Of a DNA stretch of 64,000 bases, positions 11,565 to 23,892 are shown in pieces. Each line of letters begins with the position of its first letter. Position 1 is the first letter of the stretch. Origin of the DNA: Chiloscyllium plagiosum. Lineage: Eukaryota. The stretch spans positions 9,496,062-9,560,061 of the forward strand of contig NC_057750.1 of NCBI RefSeq assembly GCF_004010195.1. Reading direction: 5' to 3'. A model generated the notes under the pieces. It saw only the letters and a list, made by a program, of their open reading frames with translations. It did not search any database and was not told where the DNA came from. The position numbers were made by a program, and so were the translations under genes.

Positions 11565-12845
11565 AATAGAATCCCTACCGTGTGGAAGCAAGACATTCGG
11601 CCCATCAAGCCTCTGATCAGCAACCCAGCCAGGCCCACCACCCTCCCCCAGCCCTGCATTCCCTATCTAACTCACCTATCCTGCACTATCCCTGGATACT
11701 GTGGGCAATTTAGCTTGGAGAGTGTGGTGCTGGAAAAGCACAGCAGGTCAGGCAGCATCCGAAGAGCAAGAGAATTAACGTTTCAGGCATATGCCCTTCA
11801 TCAGGATTATGCCTGAAACATCGATTCTCCAGTTCCTCCGATGCTGCCTGACCTGTTGTGCTTTTCCAGCACCACACTCCCGACTCTGATCTCCAGCATC
11901 TGCAGTCCTCTCTATCTCCTAGCAATTTAGCATGGCCAATCCACCTAACCTGTACATCCCGAAGCACTATGGGTAATTTAGCATGGCCAATCCACCTAAC
12001 CTGTACATCCCTAAGCACTATGGGTAATTTAGCGAGGCCAATCCACCTAACCTGTACATCCCTAGGCACTATGGGTAATTTAGCGAGGCCAATCCACCTA
12101 ACCTGTACATCCCTGGGTACTATGGGTAATTTAGCATGGCCAATCCACCCTAACCTGTACATCCCTGGGCACTGTGATTAATTTAGCATGGCCAATCCCC
12201 CTAACCTGCACATCCCTGGGCACTATGGGTAATTTAGCATGGCCAATCCACCCTAACCTGCACATCCCTGGGCACTATGGGTAATTTAGCATGGCTAATC
12301 CACATAACCTGTACATCTCTGTGCACTATGGGTAATTTAGCATGGCCAATCCACCCTAACCTGTACATCCCTGGGCGCTATGGGTAATTTAGCATGGCCA
12401 ATCCACCCTAACCTGCACATCTCTGTGCACTATGGGTAATTTAGCATGGCCAATCCACATAACCTGCACATCTCTGTGCACTATGGGTAATTTAGCATGG
12501 CCAATCTACCCTAGCCTGCACATCCCTAGGCACTATGGGTAATTTAGCATGACCAATCCACCCTAACCAGCACATCCCTGGGCACTATGGGTAATTTAGC
12601 ATGGCCAATCCACCTAACCTGCACATCTCTGTGCACTATGGGTAATTTGGCATGGCCAATCTACCCTAACCTGCACTTCCCTGGGCACTATGGGTAATTT
12701 AGCATGACCAATCCACCCTAACCTACAAATGTTTGGACTTTGGGAGGCAATCAGAGCACCCAAATGGAACCCACACAAATACAGGGAGAATTTGCAAACT
12801 CCACACAGTCCGTTACCCGAGCCTGGGATTGAACCTGAGTCCCTG
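11565..12845 (-). mobile_element. HE1 SINE with ~16 copies of a 51-52 bp unit and a nested family B insertion
   Basis: Array 11922-12730; V-domain remnant 12735-12845; tail near 11570. Confidence 0.9.
11715..11921. mobile_element. Fold-back Penelope-type family B element with hammerhead core
   Basis: Long inverted arms; TSD gcaatttagc (11705-11714, 11922-11931); minus strand CTGATGAAGGGCATATGCCTGAAACGTT at 11777-11804. Confidence 0.85.
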
Positions 12846-12846
12846 A

Positions 12847-12969
12847 GTGCCTTTTGTCGGCAAAACCCCAGAAACTGACAAAATGAAAATTTCTACTGTA
12901 TGAGGGGAGAGTGCTAATTGGTTGGCACATCTGTCAAGGCATTGGAGCTTGGAATGTGCACAAGACAGA
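12847..12969 (+). repeat. 123-bp segment duplicated at 14681-14803
   Basis: Direct alignment, about 4 mismatches. Confidence 0.9.
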
Positions 12970-13683
12970 ATGTGCACTGAGCCATATTCCACCCTCACCA
13001 CCCCCTGCCGTCCAGTCCGTTGCGAATGAACTGAGCTGCCCTGATTTTTAAGAACTTTCTCCACCCTCAACATCGATTTTTTTTTTGTCTCTTTGTTTGT
13101 GTTGAGGAGGGAGATTTCAGAAGGGGTAGAGTTTAAGTTATAGAGCTATAAGTCAGCAATTCACATTTTTTTTAAACCACTGGTTGAAGACAATTTGTTT
13201 GGAATGAACAGTTATTTTCATAAATGCTGAGAGCTGGTGAGGGTTTATATTTAACCTGAGTTTGTCAGACCAGAACCCAGGGATTGTAGAGAGAGTTTGA
13301 CTAAATTATTTTCACTTTTGAGATGTCACCTGGAATAATGGGGCATGATTTCTAGAGCACACCCCCCCTGGGGGTTGTGACTCCAGCTGCCTGTAGATGT
13401 TACTGGGGCTGGCATGGCTTCAAGTCTGAAGACAGTACCCATGGAAAACTGAATTCAATGAATAAAGCTAGAATTAAAAACACAATGTTTGTTTCCCCCC
13501 TGCAGGGGATAGGGTACCACATTTAAAGATAGCTCCTGTAATCCATCCCACTGTTACATCACACTGTCAGTGCATTATAGCTCTTGATCCTACACTGATT
13601 GGTTGGGGAATGAGCTTCTTTGAATGCAGAGGAGGTAGTGTCTAATTGTTTCAGGTCTAAACAACCAGAGAGGGGGAGTGACA

Positions 13684-14510
13684 AATCTGCACAATAGCCA
13701 GGCTTGAGCTGACAAGTGGAAGGCAACATTTGTGCCACATAAACGCCAGGCCACGACCATCTCCAATAAGAGACAATCTAACCACTGCTCCTTGACTTTC
13801 AATGTATTGCCATCACTGAATCCCCCACTATCAACAGCCTGGGGATCGCCATTGACCAGAAACTCAACTGGACTCACCACATAAACAGAGGGCAGGTCAA
13901 AGGTGAGGAATTCTGCAGTGAGTAACTCACCTCTTGACTCCCCAGAGCCTGTCCACCACCTATAAGGCACAAGTCAGGAGTGTGAGGGAATACTCCCCAC
14001 TTGCCCTGGATGGGGGCAGCTCCAACAATGCTCAAGAAGCTCAACACCATCCAGGACAAAGCAGCCCCCGCTTGATTGGCACCACATCCACAAACATCAC
14101 CTCCCTCCACCGTCCAGTAGCAGCAGTGTATACCATCTACAAGATGCACTGCAGAAATTCACCAAAGATCCTGAGACAGCACTTTCTGAATCACAATCTC
14201 CTCTCCCTGTAAGCACAAGGACAGCAGACACATGGGAACACCACCACTCCAAGTCTTCCAAACCCATGACCACTTCCATCTAGAAGGACAAGGGCAGCAG
14301 ATACATGGGAACACCACCCCCTACAAACTCTCTTCCAAACCCCGAGGTAAACATCGTGCAATTGCCTCCTTAAGGGCATTGTGGTCAAACTACAGCAGGT
14401 GGACTGCAGCGGTTCAAGAAGGCAGCTCACCCCCACCTTCTCAAGGGGCAACTAGGGGGCGGGTATAAATTCTGGGCTCAGTAAGTGACAGTCACATCCC
14501 GTGAGTTAAT
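13684..14510 (+). mobile_element. CR1/L2-clade LINE 3' fragment (second family)
   Basis: TTYKAQVRSVREYSPLA RT C-terminal remnant followed by the family 3' UTR. Confidence 0.8.
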
Positions 14511-15082
14511 TTTTAAAAATGCATGAAGAGTTGCCTATCTAGTTGGAATAGTTAAATGGTAATGATTAAGCTGCTTGCACCACACCCTGCAACATTTACT
14601 ATTTCCTGTTTAGTGTTCCATTGCGTTGATATTCTTGCAAAGTGTGCTGATGAGTACCAGATGGAGCGGTACTCACAAATGTGCCTTTTGTCAGTAAAAC
14701 CCCAGAAACTGACAAAACGAAAATTTCTACTGTATGAGGGGAGAGTGCTAATTGGTTGGCACATCTGTCAAAGCATTGGAGCTTGGAATGTGCACAAGAC
14801 AGAGATGACTGACAGTTAACCGCCGAGCTTTGTTTACGTTTTAGAGCAGGCAGGTTGCCTGTGGTTGGTCATGGCATTACCCCAAGAAATGAACCAGTGG
14901 AAGGGGCTGCCCCCCCCTCCTGCACAAGTCTCCGAGGTCTGCGTGTGGCAGTGACTTCTGGAATTGGACATTAATGCCATGATACCTGGGCAGGGAAGTT
15001 TGGAGAAGCTGCAGACACACAGCCTGGAGGGAAGGTGGGCTATCATCTGTATCATTGAGTTGGAAAAACACAGAGCGGCTGA

Positions 15083-15392
15083 AGATTAGATTAGATTCCC
15101 TACAGTGTGGAAACAGGCCCTTTGGTCCAACAAGTCCACACTGACCCTCCGAAGAGTAACCCACCCAGACCCATTTCCCTCTGACCAATGCACCTAACAC
15201 TATGGGCAATTTAGCATGGTCAATTCACCTGACCTGCACACATTTGGACTGTGGGAGGAAACCGGAGCACCCAGAGGAAACCCACGCAGACACGGGGAGT
15301 ATGTGCAAACTCCACACAGACAGTCCCCCAAGGCTGGGATCGCACTGGTGCTGTGAGGTAGCAGTGCTAACCACTGAGTCACCGTGCCGCCC
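15083..15392 (-). mobile_element. HE1 SINE, near full length
   Basis: Head, V-domain and (agatt)n tail. Confidence 0.92.
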
Positions 15393-15534
15393 ATAACGAG
15401 TGAATGTGTCAAAGAAATCATGTCAGTTTCCCATCCAGCTTAATGGCAGAACTAATTGCTGATAAATCACTGGAAGGAATACGAGCAGCAGTAGACCATT
15501 CAATAAGACCATGGTTGATCTGACATTCCTCACG

Positions 15535-15666
15535 GGGCAAAACTGAGGGCTGCAGATGCTGGAAACCAGAGTCTCGATCAGAGCGGGGCTGGAAAAGCAC
15601 AGCAGGTCAGGCAGCATCCGAGGAGCAGGACAATCGACGTTTCAGGCAAAAGCCCTTCATCAGGAT
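15535..15666 (-). mobile_element. Short Penelope-type family B element
   Basis: TSD attcctcacg (15525-15534, 15667-15676). Confidence 0.85.
15633..15666 (-). ncRNA. Minimal type I hammerhead ribozyme motif, intact core
   Basis: atc CTGATGA A GGGC TTTT GCCT GAAAC GTC gat: both conserved boxes, stem II, GUC triplet, 3-bp stem I. Confidence 0.7.
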
Positions 15667-15831
15667 ATTCCTCACGTCCACTTTTCTGCCCATTCCCTGT
15701 ATCCCAAGACTGATCATGAGAATCTATCTCAGCCTAAAGTACGCACAAAGACTCTACAATGGCCAGCAATTTAAAATGCAACATTTCCAGGGCCACGAAT
15801 GTAGAGATTTCAACGAGGTCAGCCAGGCGGA

Positions 15832-15985
15832 TGTAATAGAATCTGAGTTCCCTGATTGGGGCTGTTAACCTGATTCAATCAGGGAGCCCTGGCTGACAGA
15901 TATAAACAGGAGTGTCAGAGGTTCTGTTCACTCTGAGAGCTGGCTCTGAGGGAGCTGGGTCAGTGTCAAGGACTCTCCGTGTCCA
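15832..15985 (+). mobile_element. Probable LTR fragment
   Basis: Starts TGTAAT; hairpin ccctgattg/caatcaggg; TATAAA; sits within a CR1 relic. Confidence 0.4.
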
Positions 15986-15989
15986 GCTT

Positions 15990-16360
15990 TGAATATGCCT
16001 CGTAGCCCAAGCTTCACGTCTCTGTGTTTTAAGGAATTCCACAAATTCACTCCCCAGTGAGAGAGGTAAATGGTGACCTCTCACACCCAGATTATGCCCT
16101 CTGATCTTAGACTCTCCCATGAGGGAAAACCTCATCTCTCAAGCCCTATCAGAATAGTGTAAGGCTTCCAGCCATCTAAACTCCAAAGAGCACAGGGCTA
16201 AAGTGTTCAACCTCTCCTCGTAAAACAGTCCCTCCATAGCTGACATCAGCCAAGTGAACCATCTCTGGACTGCCTCTAACGTCAAGATACATTTCCTTCA
16301 ATAAATGGTCCAAAGCTGCAAGCAATATTTTCTGCTATGGTCTGACTATTGCCTTGTATA
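15990..16360 (-). mobile_element. Degenerate CR1 3' fragment
   Basis: FSLMGESKIRGHNL on minus strand. Confidence 0.65.
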
Positions 16361-17085
16361 ATTTTAGCAAAATCTCCCTATTTTCATAATCCACTGAAAA
16401 AATATAGAAACAGGAGGGCAAGAGCTGGCCGGGTCAGTGTCACGTGCTGTGTAAATAAAGGAGGACTCAGTGACAGGATACCAGCCTCTGAGGAGTTGTT
16501 TCAGTATTCAAGAGGGCACTGCAAGCTTCCTTTTGGGTAGTAATGGAGAAAAGGTGGGAATTTGGCACCAGATCACAGAGACAGCCCAGTCATAACCGGC
16601 TGAATGTCTGTGATTAGATTCTAACTTCACAGAAAAGGGTGTGACATGAGACAGTAAAACTGGATTCTATTTATTCCGGGGTGAGAAGGGTCGGAGGTGA
16701 CTGAGGGTGTTGGTGGTGTAAGTGGTGGGAGACCAGCCTTGGCCACACACACACACACACATGCACAGCGCTTGTTCCAATTTTTCCTCTGGCTGGAGCT
16801 TGGCTCCCAAGGACAGGGAGCTGATCTTTCTGAAGAGTTTTGGCAGGCCAGATCCCAGTTGGAATGCAGTCTCCAGGCGACAGACTGCGCTTGTGCTGAC
16901 AGTGGTGGAGATTACAGCCTTCCCCCACCACCAGCACCAATTCAGCAGAGAGCTGGGTCAGTTACATCCGAATGTGCGCGCACAGCCAACACAGCGATCT
17001 CACCGAGAGGAGCACAGGCCGGGCAACTGTGGGAAACCCCACACAAACACCAAATAGGAATGAGACCAAATGCACAATACAGCAC

Positions 17086-17476
17086 AGTGTACAGGGAGCA
17101 TTACTTTGTATCTAACCCCGTGCTGTCCTTGTCCTGGAAGTGTTTGATGGGTGACAGTGTAGAGGGAGCTTTACTCTGTATCTAACCCCGTGCTGTCCTT
17201 GTCCTGGGAGTGTTTGATGGGGGGACAGTGTAGAGGGAGCTTTACTCTGTATCTAACCCCGTGCTGTCCCTGTCCCTGGGAGTGTTTGATGGGGGACAGT
17301 GTAGAGGGAGCATTACTCAGTATCTAACCCTGTGCTGTCCCTGTCCTGGGAGTGTTTGATGGGTGACAGTGTAGAGGGAGCTTTACTCTGTATCTAACCC
17401 CGTGCTGTCCCTGTCCTGGGAGTGTTTGATGGGGGACAGTGTAGAGGGAGCATTACTCAGTATCTAACCCTGTGCT
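17086..17476. repeat. ~70-bp minisatellite, ~5.5 copies
   Basis: Unit ttactctgtatctaaccccgtgctgtccctgtcctgggagtgtttgatggggacagtgtagagggagct. Confidence 0.95.
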
Positions 17477-17837
17477 AGTTAATTAGATGAATATTTCCAC
17501 AATTGAATGAAATCCTGATAATTGAGTCAGATCCACAATGTCCGCAGTATGTTTCTGAGTAAACTGGGCAAATGTGACCTCTCACAGGCCCCCGTAGGAG
17601 ATCACCTGACCCAACAGATAGGGACCAAAGCCCTTTGTTTCAGGATTCATTCACCTTTGGTTGCCCTGGGAACCACGTGATGGACAGAGAACATGAATTG
17701 GACAGAAGGATCTTATATGGACCCAGCAAGAGTTGGGTCTGGAATATGTCCCGCCATCCGGACGGGTGAATTAGGAAACGAGATGCTGACCCTTTTCAAG
17801 ATGGTCGGCGCGTCTACAGAATGTAGCTTGACATGTC

Positions 17838-18062
17838 ACGAAAGCAGAAATTGCTGGGAAAGCTCAGCAGGTCTGGCAGCATCTGTGGAGAGAAATCAGA
17901 GTTAACGTCTCTGCCCCGGTGATCCTTCCTCAGAACCGGGTCAACGGACCCGAAACGTTAAACTCTGATTTCTCTCCACAGGTGCTGCCAGACCTGCGGA
18001 GCTTTCCCAGCAATTTCTGTTCCTGTTTCTGATTTACAACATCCGCAGTTTTTTCGGTTTTT
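17838..18062. mobile_element. Fold-back Penelope-type family C element, degenerate hammerhead
   Basis: Inverted arms cagaaattgctgggaaagctc / gagctttcccagcaatttctg; centre gggtcaacggacccgaaacgtt and antisense ctgaggaagg. Confidence 0.7.
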
Positions 18063-18296
18063 GAAACACGTCCATCTCCTACTAGCCAACACTCAGGTTC
18101 CTGGCGGTCTCTCTTTACATGTGCTCAAGCTGCTTAATTGACCAATGTCTTTTGCGTGGGTGGCTGTAACCTTGATGGGAGAACGAAGGCCCCATTATCA
18201 AGGATTTCCCATTCAAATGCGTCATGAAACACTTCATTAACTGTAGCGATAGCCTTGAATATTTTATTGATTGGAGGAAGGGGAGAGTGTCAGAGG

Positions 18297-18447
18297 AGGA
18301 AGTGGGTACTGCAGATGTTGGAGATCAGAGTCAAGATTAGTGTGGTGTTGGAAAAGCACAGCAGGTCAGACAGCATCTGAGGAGCAGGAACATCCACATG
18401 TCGGGCAAAAGCTGCCTGCTGTGCTTTTCCATCACCACTCTCATCTT
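18297..18447. mobile_element. Fold-back family B element, degenerate
   Basis: Inverted arms; imperfect TSD gag(a/g)gtgtcag. Confidence 0.75.
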
Positions 18448-18544
18448 GAGGGTGTCAGGAGTTCATCGATGTGATTGTTAAAAGACAAATGTTCCTAAAG
18501 GGACCACCTTTCTACAGGAATGTAATTCTGAGATGAGGACAGAG

Positions 18545-18862
18545 GATTAGATTAGATTCCCTACAGTGTGGAAACAGGCCCTTCGGCTCAACAAGTCCAC
18601 ACCCACCCTCCGAAGAGCAACCCACCCAGTCCCATTTCCCTCTGACTAATGCACCTAACACTACGGGCAATTTAGCGTGGCCCGTTCACCTGACCTGCAC
18701 ATCTTTGGACTGTGGGAGGAAACCGGAGCACCCGGAGGAAACCCACACAGACACGGGGAGAATGTGTAAGCTCCACACAGACAGTCACCCGAGGCTGGAA
18801 TTGAACCTGGGTCCCTGGCGCTGTGAGGCAGCAGTGCTAACCACTGAGCCACCGTGTCACCC
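18545..18862 (-). mobile_element. HE1 SINE, full length
   Basis: A and B boxes, V-domain, (agatt)n tail. Confidence 0.95.
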
Positions 18863-19419
18863 ATAATTCGCAAGGAACCTCGGAGGGTTGTGAAGGGGGA
18901 TCCCAATTCCATAATGGGGTGGACCATTTAAGGAGAACCTAGATAGGGGCATAAGGAGTGAAGGGAGTCGAGGATTACAATGGTGGATTTTGATGGGGGA
19001 AGGCAGGAGGAGTGGAAACACCAGCATGGTCTTGCTGGGCCGAATGGCCTGTCCCTTAGCTGCGTAGTCCCATGTAGAGTTCGATCCTGATAGCGTAGCC
19101 TTTCACACGGGGCTCCAGGGCTATTATTAAGCTGTCGTCAAACCCTGCCAAAGCCACGAGATCTTTCTGTTTAAACAGCGGGTGGGAGCACACTGCCGAA
19201 GAATGTTTCCATTTTGGCACAGGGCTGTCATTCCGAGCTCAGGGAAGCCAGCCAGAGGCTGCGGTAAGTCACTGGGGAAAAGGACTTGTGCTGTCTCAGG
19301 GCCATTCTGCGACATATCAACTCCGGCAACAAAAAGAACCCCCCCCACCCCCAACTACTTGCATTCCTATAGCGCCTATCACATTAGGAATGAAGCCTCG
19401 AGCTGCTTCCCAGAGCGTT

Positions 19420-19666
19420 CCTGAAAAGAATTTGACGCCGAGCCAAAGACGGAAAGATTAGATCCACCCACATCCTGAGAACAAATGCATTAAAAAAAAC
19501 CCTTGGTTTCTGGTCTCGCTCTCCTCTTTCATCCGCTGTTTCACCTGAAAAGAATTTGACGCCGAGCCAAAGACGGAAAGATTAGATCCACCCACATCCT
19601 GAGAACAAATGCATTAAAAAAACCCTTGGTTTCTGGTCTCGCTCTCCTCTTTCATCCGCTGTTTCA
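19420..19666. repeat. Near-perfect 124-bp tandem duplication
   Basis: 19420-19543 equals 19544-19666 apart from A-run length. Confidence 0.95.
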
Positions 19667-19912
19667 AAACAAAACAAACCAGGGACTCCCTGAGCCGCTT
19701 CTCCAGGCTGGAGGGTTTGAGCTGCCTCCGACTCAGCCTCTGTCGCCCACTTTAGACCGACCTGCATTTATGTAGCACTCCAGGATGTGCCAAAGCATTT
19801 CCCAGCTACTTTATTGAAGTGTAGACACTGTTGTGATGGAGGGAACACTGCACAGCTCACAGCGAAATTCCACAAAAAGCGAGAGAGAATGGGTGGATCA
19901 TCTTGTCATGGG

Positions 19913-20546
19913 TGTGATGATACTGTTGCGTTAAAAGGTGCATTTAGTCCTGGTTTCCTTTAGAGAGAGGCTGGGGGATGGGTGATGAACAGTCTATGAG
20001 AAGATAAACCACTTGTGAGGCCTTGGGTCCTTTTTTTAAGGTTGGAACAATAGAAGCAACCTGACTGGGCGTTGCCAAGCTCAGGCTTTTTAATTTTAAC
20101 TTTCAGCCATTATTACTGGGCTGTCAGCAGGGCTGGAAGGCAGTGAATCCCTCCCAGCTGCAACGCTCTCTCTCTCAGAATTGTCTTTTGATGATCTTTC
20201 CTCTTGGATTGAAAAACTGCATGTGAGACAATCACGTTTCCTGAATTTCAGCAAGGGTGTGTATATGGGATGCCACTATATTGGAACAGTTACTGTTTAG
20301 TGGTAAAATGATTCATTATTCTGTTAAGTTTTCCCGTGGAGTTAAGGTATTCCAAGCTCCTCTTTCTGTTGCTGTATTTTAACTGCAGTGTTTGAATAAA
20401 TTACGTTTTGCTTAACATCAAGTAGTTTGCCCAATTGAATTGCATCTGGAACACAGTCCCTGAGAATTGCCTTTAAAAACATGAAGAGTTAGGGTCTAGG
20501 CTTCCTTCTTAATATATGTTGACAGTCTCTGGTCTGGACAATAAGA
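19913..20546 (+). mobile_element. Probable solo LTR (Gypsy-like)
   Basis: Starts TGTGATGA, ends ATAAGA (CA mutated), 4-bp TSD tggg at 19909-19912 and 20547-20550, AATAAA at 20395. Confidence 0.6.
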
Positions 20547-20836
20547 TGGGCGAGAGGCGTACATTGTAATTATTTGTGTACTTTGTCTTGATGGCACATG
20601 AGAACGGCACACACCTTTGGCTTCGAAGAGGACTGACCAAGAAGATAGTAATGAATGTGCATGTGCAGTTATCTGGCTGAGAGGTGATGCGGAGGTGCTG
20701 GTGTTTGGCTGAGCTGGATAAAGTCACTTCCCCTGACAAAGGGGCAGCTCTCAAATAGCTTGTGATTTCAAATAAACCTGGTGGGCTACAACATAGCGAC
20801 ACCTGCAGAGAGTCAGCGAAAATTCAGATGGAAAGA

Positions 20837-21855
20837 CGGGTGGCACGGTGGCTCAGTGGTTAGCACTGCTGCCTCCCAGCGCCAGGAACCCAAGTTCGAT
20901 GCCGGCGTCAGGCGACTGTGTGGAGTTTGCACATTCTCTCGGTGTCTGTGTGGGTTTCCTCCGGGTGCTCCGGGTTCCCACCGCAATCCAAAGCTGTGCA
21001 GGTTAGGATGGATTGGCCATGCTAAATTACCCCATAGTGTTCAGGGATGTGCAGGTCAGGGTGGATTGGCTATGCTAAATTGCCCCATAGTGTTCAGGGA
21101 TGTGTAGGTTAGGATTGGCCATGGTACATTGCCCCATAGTGTCCAGGGATGTGCAGGTTAGGGTGGATTGGCCATGCTAAATTACCCCATAGTGTTCAGG
21201 AATGTGCAGGTTAGGGTGGATTGGCCGGGCTAAATTACCTCATAGTGTCCAGAGATGTGTAGGTTATGGTGGATTAGCCATGCTACATTGCCCCATAGTG
21301 TTCAGGGATGTGTAGGTTAGGGTGGATTGGCCATGCTAAATTGCCCCATAGTGTTCAGGGATGTGCAGGTTAGGGTGGATTGGCCATGCTAAATTGCCCC
21401 ATAGTGTNNNNNNNNNNNNNNNNNNNNNNNNNNNNNNNNNNNNNNNNNNNNNNNNNNNNNNNNNNNNNNNNNNNNNNNNNNNNNNNNNNNNNNNNNNNNN
21501 NNNNNNNNNNNNNNNNNNNNNNNNNNNNNNNNNNNNNNNNNNNNNNNNNNNNNNNNNNNNNNNNNNNNNNNNNNNNNNNNNNNNNNNNNNNNNNNNNNNN
21601 NNNNNNNNNNNNNNNTTCCTGAAGAAGGGCTTATGCCTGAAACGTCGATTCTCCTGTTCCCTGGATGCTGCCTGACCTGCTGCGCTTTTCCAGCAACACA
21701 TTTCCAGCTCTGATCTCCAGCATCTGCTGACCTCACTTTCTCCATGGGAAATATAAGGTTACAGGGATAGGGTGGGGGAGTGGGATGTTTTCAGAGAATG
21801 GGTGTGGGCGTGTTGGGCCAAGTGGCCTGTTTTCACATTGTAGGGATTCTGTGAT
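20837..21855 (+). mobile_element. HE1 SINE with amplified 53-bp unit (at least 8 copies, gap) and nested family B element
   Basis: Head 20837, array 20995-21407, family B 21616-21742, tail to 21855. Confidence 0.85.
21616..21650 (+). ncRNA. Minimal hammerhead motif, intact core
   Basis: ttc CTGAAGA A GGGC TTAT GCCT GAAAC GTC gatt. Confidence 0.65.
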
Positions 21856-22730
21856 GACAAAAACAGAAGATAAAAGCTGACTACCTACCCCTGTCAGCAG
21901 GGAGCCATCTCCTGTAGTCCTGGTTTTGTGCTTTACCCTTCCACCAATCTACAAAAACGTTACAAACTGACTGCACCCTGTGTTGGTGGCCTGATACACG
22001 AGCATGTGGATTTATTGAACTGTTAAAGCTTGAGAATAGCCATTAAACTCCCGTGCGCTGCAGGTAAAGGAGGAACAGAACAACCCATCACCCTGAGTGA
22101 TGACATCCAGTTATCACCAGATGAACCAAATAAATTTCAATCAACTTCCAAAGCCAGAGATCAGCTGTTCAATTCCCAACAACAATACTACTGGTACCAT
22201 TCAGTGTAACTTCCCCAAAGTGGAATATCCNNNNNNNNNNNNNNNNNNNNNNNNNNNNNNNNNNNNNNNNNNNNNNNNNNNNNNNNNNNNNNNNNNNNNN
22301 NNNNNNNNNNNNNNNNNNNNNNNNNNNNNNNNNNNNNNNNNNNNNNNNNNNNNNNNNNNNNNNNNNNNNNNNNNNNNNNNNNNNNNNNNNNNNNNNNNNN
22401 NNNNNNNNNNNNNNNNNNNNNNNNNNNNNNNNNNNNNNNNNNNNNNNNNNNNNNNNNNNNNNNNNNNNNNNNNNNNNNNNNNNNNNNNNNNNNNNNNNNN
22501 NNNNNNNNNNNNNNNNNNNNNNNNNNNNNNNNNNNNNNNNNNNNNNNNNNNNNNNNNNNNNNNNNNNNNNNNNNNNNNNNNNNNNNNNNNNNNNNNNNNN
22601 NNNNNNNNNNNNNNNNNNNNNNNNNNNNNNNNNNNNNNNNNNNNNNNNNNNNNNNNNNNNNNNNNNNNNNNNNNNNNNNNNNNNNNNNNNNNNNNNNNNN
22701 NNNNNNNNNNNNNNNNNNNNNNNNNNNNNN

Positions 22731-22935
22731 GTTATTCTAAACATAAACACCCCAAACCCCTCAATTAGATTCCAGCCTGTAATTCCCTCCTGGATATCTG
22801 TTATTTGAAATACAAACCACCCGAGCACCTTGATTAGATTCCAGTCTGTAACAGACTCCTAGGTGACTGTTATTCTCTACATAGTCCCTCCGAACCCTCG
22901 AGTAGATTCCAGCCTGTAACTCCTGCCCAGTAGAC
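22731..22935. repeat. Diverged 69-bp tandem repeat, 3 visible copies next to gap
   Basis: gttatt...tagattccagcctgtaa recurring at 22731, 22800 and 22869. Confidence 0.8.
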
Positions 22936-23470
22936 CTTTGTAATCTGAGTATGTTTCGGGTTGGGGTAAGGAGCCTGATAAATGTCACGGCGATACAGAC
23001 CCTGTTGGAACTGATTACTGGAACAGTGTCCAAGAGTTCAGCGGCTCACTCCTGCTCCTGATGGGGTTAATTGTAAAATCCCAAAGTTCTTCAGTTTGAG
23101 GCCTTTGCTGAAACGAGATAATATCAAAGGGATTGGTCGAGGTGATTCTGGAAGAAACAGACCAAAGGACCAAATATTTGGCGTGTGTGGCCCTGTTCAG
23201 TCTGTCTTCATGGCTATAAGAACTAAACATCCTGCTCACAGTAAGTCTGTCACAAAATCCTCGAGAGTGTAAATATAAACATGCAGCAAACTAGTCACGG
23301 CCTGAGCTCTCGACTACTCTTAAAGAAAATCTCTTAAAAATAGTTAAACAGCCCCTGACAGAGCACTGTAACAAAAAAAATATAATCAAACGGGTCATGG
23401 AAAGGCAAATGCCAATCAAATTGTGTTTATAAAGGTAGATGATCCATCCCAGCCTCAGCAGATCCCACAA

Positions 23471-23596
23471 CTGATACACCCCAGCTCTGTGTGGAGCACA
23501 CTGGGCTCTCTAAAGGTCTCTATCTGAACAGACCCCACACTGATACACCCCAGCTCTGTGCGGAGCACACTGGGCTCTCTAAAGGTCTCTATCTGG
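23471..23596. repeat. 68-bp tandem duplication
   Basis: ctgatacaccccagctctgtg(t/c)ggagcacactgggctctctaaaggtctctatctg twice. Confidence 0.9.
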
Positions 23597-23892
23597 ACAA
23601 CCATCACATAGTCTCCAGAACGGATCGCACACATAACTGCAAAACAGTAGGAGGCAGTGTGCCTCACCCCTCCACTTCCTGCTGCCCTACCTTTTGCAGC
23701 CACTTTGACCAGGGCAACGAGAATGCCCTTTGACCTGTGGTGAACCTTTAGACACTTTTCAAAAAATAAAGCAGAGGGGGTAGAGGGAGGAATTTCTTCC
23801 AGATATACTGCTCCATTTACCCCTCAGACGCCTTCACTAAAAGCAGATTTAAGCTTTACATTTGATCATGGGATGATCTATTATAATCTACA

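Noticed and set aside
13085..13683. Possible third solo LTR
   Set aside because: Has AATAAA and a TGACA end but no convincing 5' boundary or TSD
16760..17026. Selenoprotein-like reading with two in-frame TGA in a Cys-rich minus frame
   Set aside because: No resemblance to a selenoprotein family I know and no SECIS identified
20509..20802. Minus-strand exon or ORF after a strong acceptor
   Set aside because: Overlaps a degenerate family D element, so likely repeat-derived
21336..22828. ORFs spanning gaps
   Set aside because: Length comes from N-runs
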